A DNA stretch of 64,000 nt, from positions 13,146,001-13,210,000 of the forward strand of contig NW_024704742.1 in NCBI RefSeq assembly GCF_018977255.1. The letters are read 5' to 3'. The notes beneath the pieces are model-generated. The model did not search any database. It was not told the DNA's origin and saw nothing but the letters and a program-made list of their open reading frames with translations. Source of the DNA: Callorhinchus milii. Taxonomy: Eukaryota. The position numbers and the translations under genes are program-made. Within the stretch, counting starts at the first letter, position 1, and every line of letters begins with the position of its first letter. This document shows, one piece after another, positions 26,476-40,588 of the stretch.

Positions 26476-28606
26476 TACATCAAAATGTCTCAAACACTTT
26501 CTGTAAAGTATAGTGGCGGTGTATTTGAAGACGTACACAAAAGCCAATTTATGCACAGCAATGTCCCACTTATTGTTGACCAAACCCCCAGGAGAAACTT
26601 CCTTTTCTTTTCGAATGGTGTCATGTCATGTGATCTTTAACATCCATCTAAAAGGCAGTCTAATTTAATTTAATTAAATTAAATCAGTTTAATTCTCATC
26701 CGAAAGAAAGCACCTCTGCCAATACAGAACTGTCCACCAGTATAAGCCTTGACTAACAGCTCAAGTAGAAAGCTTATAAGAAGTAAAATATTTCAGATCC
26801 ATGTTTGAAATCAGACAGTGACAAAATCAAGAGGGAATCATCATCTTAAAGCCAGTAAGCGATTTTGGGGTCGCTGTGACTATCTGTGGCTACCTATGGG
26901 GAAAGGCAACAGTTTAATTAACATCCTATAGCTTGTGATGAAGTATTAATGGAATCTCTAATTCCATCTTAATAGTGGGTTGGAGATGACCAGATTACTT
27001 TTTGTGAGCTGGCTTTGGTCCTGAGGAGAAAGTCAGTTTGCACATGCAATGCGCTGATATTTTACACAAGATCGTTACAACATTAAAACCAAATATTTAA
27101 AAAATGTTTTAAAAACAAAGCCTTTAAAACATTAAAGGTGCAGCTCATTGGAATGGGATCAGCCCTGATTCTTCATATTTGTGTAAATAAATATGGTGAT
27201 ATTGGCATTCATACGAGAGTGTCAATTGATTGCGTCTGTTAAATGAAGCAATAGGGAAGTTTTTAAAACTGTAGTACCCTGTAATAGTTGTGAGGATGGA
27301 AACTCACATCTCTTTGGTTTTAGACTTTGCAGAGGTTTGTGCCCAAGTAAAGTAAAAGTAGTTTATTAAAAAACGTTTGGTTGCCGTCACCAAGTCACGC
27401 AGCTTTCTGAGATCATACTTGACAAAGCGCAAAGATAGACCTGCTTTAGGGAGCTAAATATGAGCAAGGCTTACATCAAATAAAGCAACTAAAACCTAAC
27501 CTTTTGCACACAGTAACATTAGGATCTTTTCTGTGTGTCAATGCATCTGGTAGCAATACACAGAAACAGGGTCACCTATGGAATAGGACTGGGAAAACTT
27601 GAAAAAATGGGAATGGGATACAGAGGTGGCATTCGGTGACTAATATAATGTGATAATTGTCACACTGAATCTGTGTGAAATGTTAGAGATCTCACCTCAC
27701 GCTGGGGATTAGGATAATGTTCAGGAGATAGGGTAGTTTGGGAAATAAGTGGGCTTTACTCTTAAGACACAAATATAAAAAGGCAACATTAAATGCATGC
27801 TGATAATAATATAATGCAATTTACACTTATATAGTGCCTTTCACGTCAGGAGAATGTCCCGAAGCACTTGACAATGCGGGCTGGGTACTGGAGCTGAGGG
27901 TGCACAAATAGTGTAACTTTAGACAGAGATATATCAATGCTCAATTGATATTATTGCCTCTGTCAGAAAGGCAATTACTGTAGCATCTTTGTACTGTGCA
28001 CTGTGCCAGGCAGAGAGAGTGAGACTGAAAGCAAGGAGAGAAACAGGTGGCATTTATTGCCAATTGTTTGCTGGTTTACAAATTTTTTATGCTGAGTTAT
28101 GTTATATCTGTTCCAGTTTAAGCAAGCATTATTCCCTCAGAGCTATGGTCAACATTTGAAAGTAAGTAGTTCCACTTTTTCGTAAAGCAAATGTTGGTCT
28201 GCTTTCTAACTAAGATTTGTGTGAAAATGTCCAGTCACCCAGAAGATACAGTGAGATGTATTGTAAGTCATGTGTAAACTATGTCCACACCATGTTGAAG
28301 TACAGAAGAGAATTAAGGTGCCCTTAATTATGTAACAACAATCAATGAAAAGATTGGTCACTAATTTCATAATGAATACATGTTTCCATTGGTTGATTAG
28401 GTGAAGGCACCTCTGTTTCACTCTGTGCACCTGTTTGCACATGGTTTACACAAGATGGATGCATGGTGCACAATGTATAGCTCACTACCAGGAGAATAAT
28501 TCTTCAAAGCTCTTTCATTAAAAATTATAGCCACAAATTATTTCATGTGGGAATGCTCAGAATTTATATGTAGGAGCTCTCTCATATGTCTACCAGACTG
28601 AGCTCC

Positions 28607-31280
28607 AATAATAATAATCCTTGCATTTGAAGTCTTCGAGACGTCTCAAAGCGCTTCACAGAATATACTGTAAAGTGACTATTATTATTTATTTATTAAA
28701 TATTACATTTTGTGGGCGAAACGTGGCAACCAATTGTGCATAGCAGTATCCCACAAACAGTCATGGTTTGAAGTGGCCAATTTATTTATTTTTTAAAAGA
28801 ATTATTACCCTCGGAAACGCAATCTGCCAATCGACTAACAACTGGGTTCCTATAGATAAACAGAAGCATGTGGAGTAAGGAAACTTGGCCAGCATTTTGC
28901 GCTGCCGGAAAATGAACCCAGGTCTCTTGCTTGCAAGGCGAGTGCTCTGACCAGGATAGGTTAGAATCGCAAGCTCAAGCAGTTTGTAGAAGTCACCTGA
29001 ACTGCAAGGTTTGTAAGTGTTTGTTAGTTACTCAGCAGTTATTGGAATAGTAACAAAGGAAAATGTGTGACTTCTACAAAATGTAGATGGGAGACCACCA
29101 AGAACCTGTGTCATGAGGCAAAGCTAAGTGTTGAAGTGTTCACAAGCCATGACAGTTGTACATATTTTTTTTCATTCTTAGATTATATGGATTTTGTCTT
29201 TTTTTAAATAAAATAATTTTGATTCCAGTTGTTGGGTTTGGCTCTCTGGGCCTCACGGCTCTGAGGAAAGTTGCTCAGACGTTTTCTGCTTCTCTCAGGG
29301 AGATACAAGGTTATTTATTGTGTTGCGTGCATTGTAGTAATGAGACTGTTATATCCTGTGCTGGGTAATGTCCTCAAATGATAACTGATTATAATAGTAG
29401 GGTTCTTTTGTCAACTGAACTATTCTGAACATAATTACTGCTAGTCTGCATTGAATTAAGATTAACCACATAGTATTAACGCATGCAGACCACATAGCAG
29501 TTACATTAATTATTGGGAAGTGGACTTGACTACAATAAGTCAAACCACATTTTCCTCACACTGTGATTTGTGCTTTAAACATTTATTGCTGGAGAGACTG
29601 TGCTTAAAAAGCATGGTAAAGACAGAATCTATAGTTTTGATATATTTTTCTGCCCAATATAAGCCTACTGCGATTTGTACATTAATTTGTTATCAAGCAT
29701 TATAATGCAACCACAAAAGAACATTAGCCACCACCACCAATAACAACAACAAATTACATTTGTGTAGCGCCTTTCACATCAGGAGGACGTCCCAAGGTGC
29801 TGGGAACAGAGAACTTTGTAACTTCGGAAGTTCACTTTATTAATATTGATTGCTGCTGGGTTAACGTGTGTTTGTGTGTGTGTGTGGAAAGGGAGACTGT
29901 ACATGAACCAATAGAAGACATATTTAAAAAAAAAGATATAGATACTTATAGTAAGGGTATCAAGTGATATGGAGAAAAGGCAGGGAATGGGATCAAAAGA
30001 TCTGTCGTGATCAAATAAAATAGTGCAATGGTCTCAACTGGTTGAATAGCCTCCTCCTCTTCCTATGTTCCATCTGCAAAGCTTTGATAGTGGGTTGGTG
30101 TTGGACGCTGCTATGAGTTTAATATTACTAAAGAGCCAGGAATGACACCAGCTTTTTCAATGATACTACAAATGGTCGATTAAATCTCCTTGAGTTGTCT
30201 GTTGAATTGTTGACAAAATGCCTGTGTCATACTGTAAATGTGGCCTCACCAGGGGATTCCAGTGAAAATTACTGTGCAATTAGTGGGGAAGAAATTTGAA
30301 CTGAATCCACAGAAATTTGACCTGAATCCACATTGATTACTTATTTAGCTTTTTTAGAGCATCCAAAATGTAGGCAATTCTTTAATACACCTTTAATTTT
30401 GAAGCCTGTTTCCCACAAGTTTCTTTTTAAGAACTATAGAATACTGACTTCAAAGTTAAGACTAAATTCAACAATTTGCTAAAATCTGGACACACTGAAA
30501 TGTGCATACTTCTCAAATGTTTGCAGTTTATTTTGGCAGTGAATGAGCTGAATTAGCTCAAAACAAATGCCAGTAGATTAGGAAATCTGTTGAATTTGCA
30601 TTGCTGTGGTCATTTTTCAATAGGAACCATGGAGCACAGACGTCTTGTGTAAACCAGAGGATATGAGAAAGTGGGCTGCTGGGGATTTCCAAGTATTACA
30701 AAGACTGATGTTAACCCCTTTCTTCTCTGCTGTGGTTAACTTAAAACTCCTGTTAGACTGATAGAGAGAAAAAATAACTGAAAAATTTCAGGCAATCTAA
30801 ACTTCAGTAATTGAAAAAGAAAACAGAAAAGTCAAAAACGTCTGTCAAATGCCTTTTTCTGTGCAGGATTGCATCATCCTAACACAAGTGTGGGAGCCAT
30901 ATCAGCCCACCAAGCCGTTTACTTAAAGTAATAATAATATTTTTTGCATTTGATATAACACCTTATCATGTTGTTGAGACGTCTCAAAGTGCTTCACAGA
31001 ATATACTGTAAAGTGGATTAACTATGTATTTTGTGGGTGAAACATGGCAGCCAATTGCACACAGGAGGGTCCCACAAACAGTCGTAGATTGAATGACCCA
31101 AAATTTTTTTGAGGGATTCTTACCCCCAGAAAGCCAATCGACTAACAACCAGGTTCCTACTCAGTGCTAGGTAAACGGAGGCGTGTGCAGTAAGGAAACT
31201 TACCTACGTTTTTTCCCCATCTCGGAATCAATTCCAGGTCCCCTCACTTGCAAGGTGAGCGTGCTGACCACTACGCTGCG
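28607..31280 (-). mobile_element. Two long-subfamily SINE copies (28607-28955 and 30929-31280)
   Basis: Same consensus, minus strand. Confidence 0.85.
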
Positions 31281-31582
31281 GTACTTAGTTCATGGCTGAT
31301 ATGTAACTCAGTATCATTTGCCTGCCTCTTCTCCTTACTCCCTGATACCCTTACCAGCCAAAGATTTATCTGCTTCCCTCTTAAACACTCCCACTGAAAC
31401 TACAGTCCTTTGAAGAAGTGAACTCCTTTACCCCTAAACTCCCTGAGAAAAGAAATATCTTTTTATTTTATGACTAACAGGTCTAGCTCTAATGTTTAGA
31501 TTACGTCCTCCTGTTCTGGATTCTGCAATCACAGGAAGCAGTCTTTCCTTATCTACTCTGTCAATTTACTATCTTAACTAGT

Positions 31583-31904
31583 AATAATAATAATAATAAT
31601 CCTTGCATTTGATATAGCGCTTTTCACGTCGGGAGGACATCCCAAAGCGCTTCACAGAACACACTGTAAAGTGAATTGACTGTATATTTATGGGCGAACG
31701 CGGCAGCCAATTGCGCACAGCAATGTCCCACAAACAGTCGTAGATTGAAAATGGCCAATTTATTATTGTTTTTTGTTTTTGGAGGGATTATTATTAGGCG
31801 CGTGGAGTAAGGAAACTTGCCCAAGGTTTCGCCCTGCCTGGAATTGAACTCAGGTCTCTCGCTTACAAAGCGAGTGCTCTAACCACTGAGCTACAGGACT
31901 CCAC
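31583..31904 (-). mobile_element. tRNA-derived SINE, short subfamily
   Basis: Reverse complement of the 38707 copy. Confidence 0.92.
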
Positions 31905-33423
31905 GCTCCATAGGTATACTACATAGGTATACTCCACGGTATACTACTCCATAGTATACCGTCTATGGGTGTGTGTGTACCGTGTGTTCGTGTATACTGT
32001 GTCTGTATAGTAAAACTTGCATAACTAAAATAATAATAATTTGATCGCTCAATCCACGACGGCTTGTGGGGTACTGCTGTGCACAATTAGCTGCTGCGTT
32101 TCGCCCACAAAACATACAATCAATTCACTTTACAATATATTCTGTGAAGTGCTTTGAGATATCTAGAAGATGTGATAAGGTGCTATATCAAATGCAAGAA
32201 TTATTATTATTGCTAAATACCTCGATCAGATCACACCTCAACCTCCTCTGTTCAAGCCCCAGTTTGTCTATTCTGTGTTTATAACTAAGCTCCCTCATTC
32301 CAAGTATCATTCTGGTGAATCTACGCTGCCCGTCTGACAAGACCAGTACACCATTTCTAAGGTGTGGTGTTTTAAAGTGTAACCGTTCCTCCAAATGAAG
32401 TGTGACCAATGCAACATCACTAAAAAGAAGAATCTCTGCTACAATCATATTTGGAACGCAAAGATGCTCATCTTTCAAACATTTTGGGTAAAAAATCCGC
32501 ACATGCCACAAACATTTGTACTTTGAAGAAATACTTCATAAACACAGCTCACGTGTTTTGTTTGATCAGGCAGGTGTTTGTCACATGCGGAAACCCATCA
32601 CCATGTTTAAGAGTATCCAAACCAGGCAGCTTTGCTCCTGATGAGGATAAACAACATCAGTCATTAAACATTGAACAGAACTCAGGAGCTGTGGTCTTCT
32701 GGTAAATATATTTTCACCCACAAAATACAGTCACTCCTTTACAGTAAAACATGTTTTGAGACAGCTCAACAATATGATGAAACGCTGTATCAAATGCTGT
32801 ATTATTATCATTTATATTTTATCAAATGAATAAATACATGTATTTATTTGTTTCATTTGTTTATTTATCACAAACAAGCAATTGTTTGTGGGACACTGCT
32901 GTGCGCAATTGGCTGCCGCGCCAATTATTATTATTATTATTATCAGTATGGCTTAGTGCTGCATCAGGTGCTGCCTTTACTCACTTGGCCCATCGGGGAG
33001 CTCTCTAGATTTACAAAGGTTTGGGAAATTACGCAGTGTAATGTGACTAGCACCTGAAATCTTTAGTGAATCTGGCCCAGACATGTTAAAGAAAAAGGAC
33101 AGATACTTACTGGCTTTGTCCAGTGCTTCCAGTCTCGTCAATTTTAGCACATTCTTAACAACTGGAACCCAGGAAAAACAAGGAAAAACAGACAGTAATT
33201 TTTCAGAACCTTATTTTGGCTGATGTGAAGTTACATTTGAGGTCCACTTTATATTTTGACTGACTGTGTGAAATGAGGATGTCTACCGAGCTGCTCTTTT
33301 AAAGATACATTTTTCTTTCATTCATTCAAAGAAGGCAATACTGCAAATTTGTACTAAACGGAAAGGAAAGACATTGTGGATTTATAGCTGTGCTGGATCT
33401 ATGGCTTTAGTAATGGTTGTATC

Positions 33424-34075
33424 CTATGTTTCCTCTAATTTTGGGAGGAATGAATTTGGGTTTGCGCATCAATATAAAGGCTGTTTGCGCCACCGTAAAA
33501 AAAATCTAAACTTTGAATAGAACACCTTTTTAGAAAGCATTATTATATAAGAAACAGAACACACGTACAAAATAATGGATAATTGTAACAAGGCTAGCTG
33601 TCAAGGATTTTTACTTAAACAAATCTGGTTATAGAAATTTAAAAAGTAAACACTGCCACCAGAGGAATGGGGACATCCTGATTGAGACCCAGAGTCTGTA
33701 AGATGACAGGCCAGATGATGCAGAAGAGGGTGACTGTTTCTGGTTTGGATGTTTTTCTCTTCTGTCTCTCCCTCCCAGTGTTTATATATTTTGTCCAGGT
33801 TTACTTCCCTACCACTTGACAGATGAGATTTGATCTGCATAAGCATATCAAGGTGATTGTGTTTTACCTGGAGTCTTATTTGATTTAATTTATCAGGCTG
33901 TATTATTTTTTATAACAACGAAACTCTGCATTTGAATATTAAACAACAGAACACACTACAGTTAACATAAGTATGTATTTATTCAACTGAACTTTTTACT
34001 ATGTGCGTGGACGAAATAATTAAGTTCACAGCAGACTGCTGGGCGGCCATGTACGCGTGCAGCTTAGAGAGAACA
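33424..34075. mobile_element. Putative non-autonomous hAT (Tip100-like) DNA transposon
   Basis: Imperfect inverted termini TGTTTCCTCTAA / TTAGAGAGAACA (10/12) and subterminal GCGTGCAGCTTAGAG typical of this group. The right end is abutted by an L2 tail. Confidence 0.45.
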
Positions 34076-34556
34076 ACAACAACAAAATTACATTTATAGA
34101 GCACCTTTCACGTCGGAAGGACGTCCCAAAGCGCTGAACAGTCAGGGGTCAGGACCTGAGCATGGGGTAGGGGTGGTGTAGGCGGGAAGGAAGCAGAGAG
34201 GTGGGAGAGCAACCAAAAGCACGATCGAAGAGAAGGGTCTTGAGACCGGCCTTGAAGAAGGCAAGGGAGGAAGCGAGGCGAAGGGATCGTGGGATGGAGT
34301 TCCAGAGTGTGGGGGCAGAGAGGCTGAAAGCCCGGCCACCGATGGTAGGGCGAGTCGGGCAGGAGACATGGAGCAGGCCGGAGGGAGCGGGCAGGTTGGT
34401 AGGGAGTCAGCAGGTCAGAGAGGTAGGAGGGGATAAGGCCATGGATGGCCTTAAAGGTGAGGACGAGGATCTTGAACTCGATCCTCTGGGGGATGGGGAG
34501 GCAGTGGAGTTGGGTGAGGGTGGGAGTGATGGGGTCACAGAGCCTGGTGCGTTGTA
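34076..34556 (-). mobile_element. L2 LINE 3' fragment
   Basis: PITPTLTQLHCLPIPQRIEFKILVLTFKAIHGL and (CAA)n tail on the plus strand. Confidence 0.9.
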
Positions 34557-36569
34557 CCATGGGTTATATCGTATCCAAAGATGAAACTTCATACAATGGG
34601 AACCCCCGGGTGTGTGAATTTGTTTACCATGTAAAAGGCACAGTGTGGACAGCGACCACACTCTTAGGTAACAAGCAGTGTAACCTGGTGTCAAGGAATA
34701 GCCAAGAGGACCAGACCATTTGCTCTCCATACTGGCAGAAACCATTACCCCCAGAAAACAATCCGCCACTAAATTAACAACCAGGTTCCTACTTACTGCT
34801 TGGTAAACGAGGGATTTGGAGTGAGGAAACTTGCCCAAGGTGTTGACCCATTCAGAAATTGAACCTGGGTCCTCTCACTTGCGAGATGAGTGTGCTAGCC
34901 AGTATGCGAAGGAACTCCTTCCAGACCCTACGTGGCCTTAAATCTAGAGATGTTAAACTTATATTCAGCAAAATACAACGGTTTACATCTGACCATTGGT
35001 GTAATGGGTAAAGCTTATATGTATTAGAATTATTATATGTGTCTGTCAATCTATATTGTAGTGTGTATTTGGCTCTGTGAGCCCATCAACCCCATCCTTG
35101 ACTGGTTCTGTTGGCTCTCTATCCCCCATCAGATCAATATTAAGATCCTCATCCTTACTTTTAAATGTCTTCATATTGCCTTGCATCACTCTATTTCTGC
35201 CATTTCAATGGTATTCTTTATTCCCCCATTGAGATCTCCCAACAAAGTGCTAAGGTGCTATATCAAATGCAAGGATTATTTTTGTTATTATTATCCCCTA
35301 CCCCTCATCTGTCCTGCGGATGAGCCTTCAGCCTTTTGCCACCCCCATCTGGAGCTCTCTCCCATAATCCCTTCACTTTATCCATTTGCTCTCTGTTTTG
35401 AAATTCTGCCCAAAGATCTACTGCTTTGACTGTGCTTTCAGCCAATTTCCAATTAACTCAATCTTGGCTGACACTCATTTGCTGTCCTTCAGATGAGACG
35501 TTAAACCAAGTACCAAGGTCTGCCTGTTCTGGTGGATGATAAAGAATCCATGGCATTATTTGAAAAAAGAAGGGAGTTTCTGCTCGTGTCCTGTGCAACA
35601 ATCAATAAAATTGGCCATTCACTTCATGGCCATTTGTGGGACTTTGCTTTGTGCAAATTGGCTGCTTTATTTGTCTACAAAATACACAGTCACTACGCTT
35701 TACATTAAATCTTGTGAAGCACTTCGATATGTGTTTCTAACATGAAGGCACTGTATCAAATGTAAGGATTATTATTGTTATTATTTATATTCCCTCTTCA
35801 TCCAAATTCAAATGAATTGGCCACACATCTCAATGTTCCTATGATGACATGGCTGGCCAAAAAAGCTGCTGCATTCATTAGCTTCATTTCTAAGTAAATT
35901 GATGTTGTAAAAAAGTGTTTTGTATTTGAAACACGCAGAATTTATTGAGGGTTTAAAATGGATGGAACAGGAAGAGCAGCAAATGAGCTACATAGGATTC
36001 TAAGTGGTTTGTATTCAGCAACAAGCAAGTCACTTAAAGCAACTTAAAGCAACAAGTTTCACTTCAAAACCAGTAACCTTGTGAAAAGTCTTGATGGATC
36101 TTCTTACGGTACATTATTTCATTTCTTACTCAAGGTTACATTTCAGAGCTGTGCCTTGAGTGGTAATAATACTTCATTATTAATAATACTTCCTTACTGC
36201 TTACAGGAGCAGTGAGTTGATGTACAATCTCATCCCCCACCTCAGTTCATGCCCCCACCGCAGATGCCTTTTACATTGGGAGGTCATCCCAAAGTGCTTT
36301 AATAATACTGCGCACAGCAGTAATGTCCCAAATTATTATTATTATTATTGCTTTTTTGTTGAAGGGATTATTACCCACAGAAACGCAATCTACCAATCGA
36401 CTAGCATCCGGGTTCCTAATTACTGCTGGGTAAACAAAGGCGTGTGGAGTAAGGAAACTTGATTAACCTTTTGCCACACTCGGGAATTGAACCTGGGTCC
36501 TCTCGCTTGCGAGCTGAGTGCTCTAGCCAATGCGGTTTGTAGGATATTCTGTAAAGTGTAATGACTGTG

Positions 36570-37365
36570 TATGCTGACAGCATCACCATCCATGGTTGCA
36601 CACTGCACCTTGCTAAGCCAGTCCGGAACATTAGGGTCTTGTTTGACCCTCAACTATGCTTTCTACCCCACAACTGCGCCATGACCCGCTCTGCCTTCCT
36701 ACACCTCCGCAACGTCACCCGCTCCGACACTGTCTCACACCGCAGGCCACCGAAACCCTCATACACACTTTCATTACACTGAGGCTCGACTATGCAAACT
36801 CACTGCTTGTCGGCCTCCCCAACTCCTCCCTCCACAGGCTGCAGATTATCCAGAACACTGAACCCCGTGTCCTCTCCCGCACTAGGCTCCACGACCCTAT
36901 CACCCCCATCCTTGCCCAACTCCACTGGCTTCCCATCACACAGGGGATACAGTTCAAGATCCTGGTCCTCACCTTCAAAGCCCTCCATGGTCTTGCTTCC
37001 CTCTACGTCTCCAACCTCCTCACCCCCTACCATCCTGTTTGCTCCCTCCGCTCAACGGGCTCCGGCCTGCTTCACATCCCCCACCTTGCTCGCTCCACTA
37101 TCGGCGGGCAGGGCTTCCGCCACTCTGCTCCCACCCGCTGGAACTCCATCCCGCAGTCCCTCCATCTCGCCCCCTCCCTCGCCACCTTCAAGACCCACCT
37201 CAAGACCCTTCTCTTTGACTGTGCTTTCGATTTCGCTGTTTCCCCCCGCTGCCCTCCCCCCTCCCTCACCCTGACCCTCAGCTCGGGTCTGAATGTCCAG
37301 CGCCTTGGGATGTCCTCCTTATGTGAAAGCTGCTTTACAAATGTAATTTTGTTGTTGTTGTTTTG
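36570..37365 (+). mobile_element. L2 LINE 3' fragment
   Basis: RLDYANSLLVGLP...LHWLPITQGIQFKILVLTFKALHGL and (TTG)n tail. Confidence 0.9.
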
Positions 37366-38706
37366 TTGTAGTTGAATGTAACAGCCTGATTCCGCACAAT
37401 AATGCCCTACAAGCAGCCATGAAACATTTTATCTGGGAGATTGATGGCCACGACACCAGAAGAAACTCCCTTCTCTTTTAGACTAGTGCTTGCTTACAAG
37501 ATACTCAACCATTACACTTTACTGTGATATTCTGTAAAGTGCTTGGAGAAGCCCTCCTGCGGTGAAAGGCACTGCATCAAATGGAAGGATTATTATTATC
37601 ATCATTATTATGAGGACTTTAAAATATGAACAGCAATAAGAGATCCTTGTTGTTCAATGAAATCCGATTAATGAAAATAATCTTTTGAAAAACGAGCATT
37701 ATTCTGAGGAGAACATGTAGTGTGCTCTGTACTAAACTGCAGGATATCACGTTTTTCTAAATGAATGAGCAGCAAGCTCCTCTGAAACATTCTTCAGCAA
37801 CTATATGCTTGGCCACCGACTTGCAGATTTGAGTTTTGGCAGAAGCTGAGATAATAATAACAAACCTTGCATTTGCTATAGCATCTCATTACGTCTTTTG
37901 AGATGTCTCAAAAGTATTTCATAGAATATACTGTTAAGGTGAATTGACTGTATATGTTATGGGCGAAACCTGCCACCATTCCAAAATGTGATGCCTTTAG
38001 TCAGTTCTGAAACAGTCCTGGGCATCACATTTCAGGAACAGAGATTTCTGCTCTAGTAGCTCCCATTTTATTAACATTTTACAGTCCATTAAACAAAGCC
38101 AGACTTGACAGTAAGTGCAATGTTATGCAGTGCACAACTTAGCCTTCAGTTGGCTGGACTGCCAGTAGTCACAGAACGTCACACTCGTAAGATCAGCCTT
38201 GACCAAAAATATATAACAGGTAAAGCTTCATGAACGTTGGAGTGATAGTTCATGTGGAGAAACTGTACAATCACAGGAAAACCCCTCATTAAATATCTCG
38301 GTCAGTTTTTTTTAGCATCCACAGATTTATGTTAAATTCAAACAAAGTGGTCATGAGATATGCAGAAAAATGTAGTGGGAACGAGATGTGTGAATCTATA
38401 GTGCTTAGCTGAAGATATGAGCAAGCAAAGGATGATAATGTAGCCCAAAACAATGATTTATCTGGAGCAAAACAGGTTCAAATTTAAAATGGCAGGGTTC
38501 TTTCAAGCAAGCTTAAAGTTGCTTAAACTGGCCTAGCTGCAAATACAATACAATACAACATTACATTTGTAAAGCACCTTTCACATCGGGAGGACGTGCC
38601 AAGGTGCTGAACAGTAAGGGATTAGGACAAGAGTGGGGGGTGGGTTGGGATCAGAGAGGGTGGAGGGCAGATAAGGTTGGAGGATAGCTGAAGGAATGCT
38701 TTTATT

Positions 38707-39027
38707 GTGGAGTCCTGTAGCTCAGTGGTTAGAGCACTCGCTTTGCAAGCGAGAGACCTGAGTTCAATTCCAGGCAGAGGGCGAAACCTTGGGCAAGTTT
38801 CCTTACTCCACACGCCTAATAATAATCCCTCCAAAACCAAAAACAATAATAAATTGGTCATTTCAATCCATGACTGTTTGTGGGACATTGCTGTGCGCAA
38901 TTGGCTGCCGCGTTCGACAACAAATATACAGTCAATTCACTTTACAGTATATTCTATGAAGCGCATTGGGACGTCTAGAAGACGTGAAAAGCGTTATATC
39001 AAATGCAAGGATTATTATTATTATTAT
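38707..39027 (+). mobile_element. tRNA(Ala-like)-derived SINE, short subfamily, full length
   Basis: A box TAGCTCAGTGG, stem-loop CTCGC-TTTGCAA-GCGAG, B box GAGTTCAATTCC, Deu-like body, L2-like tail and (ATT)n. Confidence 0.92.
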
Positions 39028-39576
39028 CTTGAGGCATGCCTAGAAGGAGGCAAGGGAGGGAGCGAGGCAAAGAGATTGTGGGTTGGAGTTCCAAAGGGTG
39101 GCGGCAGAGAGGGACCTGGGTTTGATTCCCGGGAGGGATGAAACTTTAGGCAAGTTTCCTTACTCCACACCTCTGTTCACCTAGCAGCAAGTAGGAATCC
39201 AGTTGTTAGTTGATTGGTGGATCATTTTCCGGGGTTAATAATCCCTCCAAAATAAATTTGGTCATTCAATCCACGACTGTTTGTGGGACGCTGCTTTGTA
39301 CAATTGGCTGCTGCGTTTTGCCGACAAAATACACAGTCAGTCCACTTTACAATATTGAGTATGTGGAACCCTGTGATAAATCAAGGCAGACACCGATATT
39401 CAGGTTGATGTTTCTTTATCAAGCTAAAACAGCATAGTATAACAGTCACAACATACCTACAACTGTGGTGTGTAGTTCGAAACTATCAGGCCTGTGTTTG
39501 GGAAGAGACAGAGTGTCAGTTTGCTTGCAGTAATCCTTTAATCGACATTATTAACCAACACTTGGCTCTTATAAAG

Positions 39577-40420
39577 TCATAGAATATTACAGTACAGAAG
39601 GAGGCCATTCAGCCCATCGAGCCTGTGCCAGCTCTTTAGCAGAGCTACCAAGTAGTCCCAATCCCCCACTCTTATCCCATATCCTTGAAAATTTTTCCTC
39701 TTCAAGTACCTGTACAATTCCCTTTTGAAAGTCGTTATTGAATCTGTTTCTAGCCAGTGCATTCCAGATCATAACAACTCTTTGTGTAAAAAAAATTCAC
39801 CTCATCTTGCCTTTGGTTCTTTTGCAAGTTATCTGTGACCTCTGATTACCGAACTACCTGCCAGTGGAAACAGTTTCTCCCTATCTACTCTATCAAACCC
39901 CCATAATTCTGAACACCTCTATTAAATCTCTACTCATCCTCCTCTGCTCTAAGGAGAGCAATTCCAGCTTCTTTAATCTCTCCAAATAACTAAAGTCCCT
40001 CATCCCTGGTACCATTCTAGTAAATCTCCTCTGGACACTCTCCAATGCCTTGAGTGCCCAGAATTGGATATAATACTCCAGGTGAGGCCTAACCAGTACC
40101 TTACAAAGGTTTAGCAGAACTTCCCTGCTTTTGTACTCTATGCCTCTATTTATAAAGCCATGGGTCTCATATGTCTTTTTTAACAGCTCCATCAACCTGG
40201 CTTGCCACCTTCAAGGACCTGTGTATGTGAAATCCTAGGTATCTCTGCTCCTGTGCACCCTTTAAAACTGTACCATTTATTGTACATTGCCTCTCCTCAT
40301 TCTTCCTCCCAAAATGTATCACCTCACACTTTTCTGTATTAAACTTTATCTGTCCATTTCATCACTCTGACTATGTCCTTCTGTAGTCTGCTACCATCCT
40401 CCTCACTGTTTACTATGTTC
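39577..40420 (-). mobile_element. CR1 LINE 3' fragment (end of ORF2 plus 3'UTR)
   Basis: GFINRGIEYKSREVLLNLCKVLVRPHLEYYIQFW...LESVQRRFTRMVPGMRDFSYLERL and 3' end GATGGGCTGAATGGCCTCCTTCTGT...ATTCTATG. Confidence 0.92.
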
Positions 40421-40588
40421 CAGTTTTCCAGTCAATTTTAGAGATAATAGCATGGAAAACAGTTTGCTCTTTGAAGTGGTTACACTGGGTTTCTGGTATT
40501 GGCAACCTTTTATGAGGGCCTTTACGTTGAATTCATTACATAACGTTAATTACAGCAATGATCATTCATTGATGGGGTCACATGAAAT

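Noticed and set aside
26663..26684. Perfect 22-bp AT palindrome ATTTAATTTAATTAAATTAAAT
   Set aside because: Low-complexity slippage inside an old SINE and unlikely to be meaningful.
30290..30331. 21-bp tandem duplication
   Set aside because: Ordinary local slippage duplication.
38707..38780. tRNA-Ala(TGC)-like sequence (also at 31830-31904, 43492-43560, 47550-47623, 50390-50460)
   Set aside because: No proper acceptor stem and always followed by the same SINE body, so these are SINE heads rather than tRNA genes.
39363..39560. Possible short solo LTR (TG...CA)
   Set aside because: No TSD, PBS or second copy, so support is insufficient.
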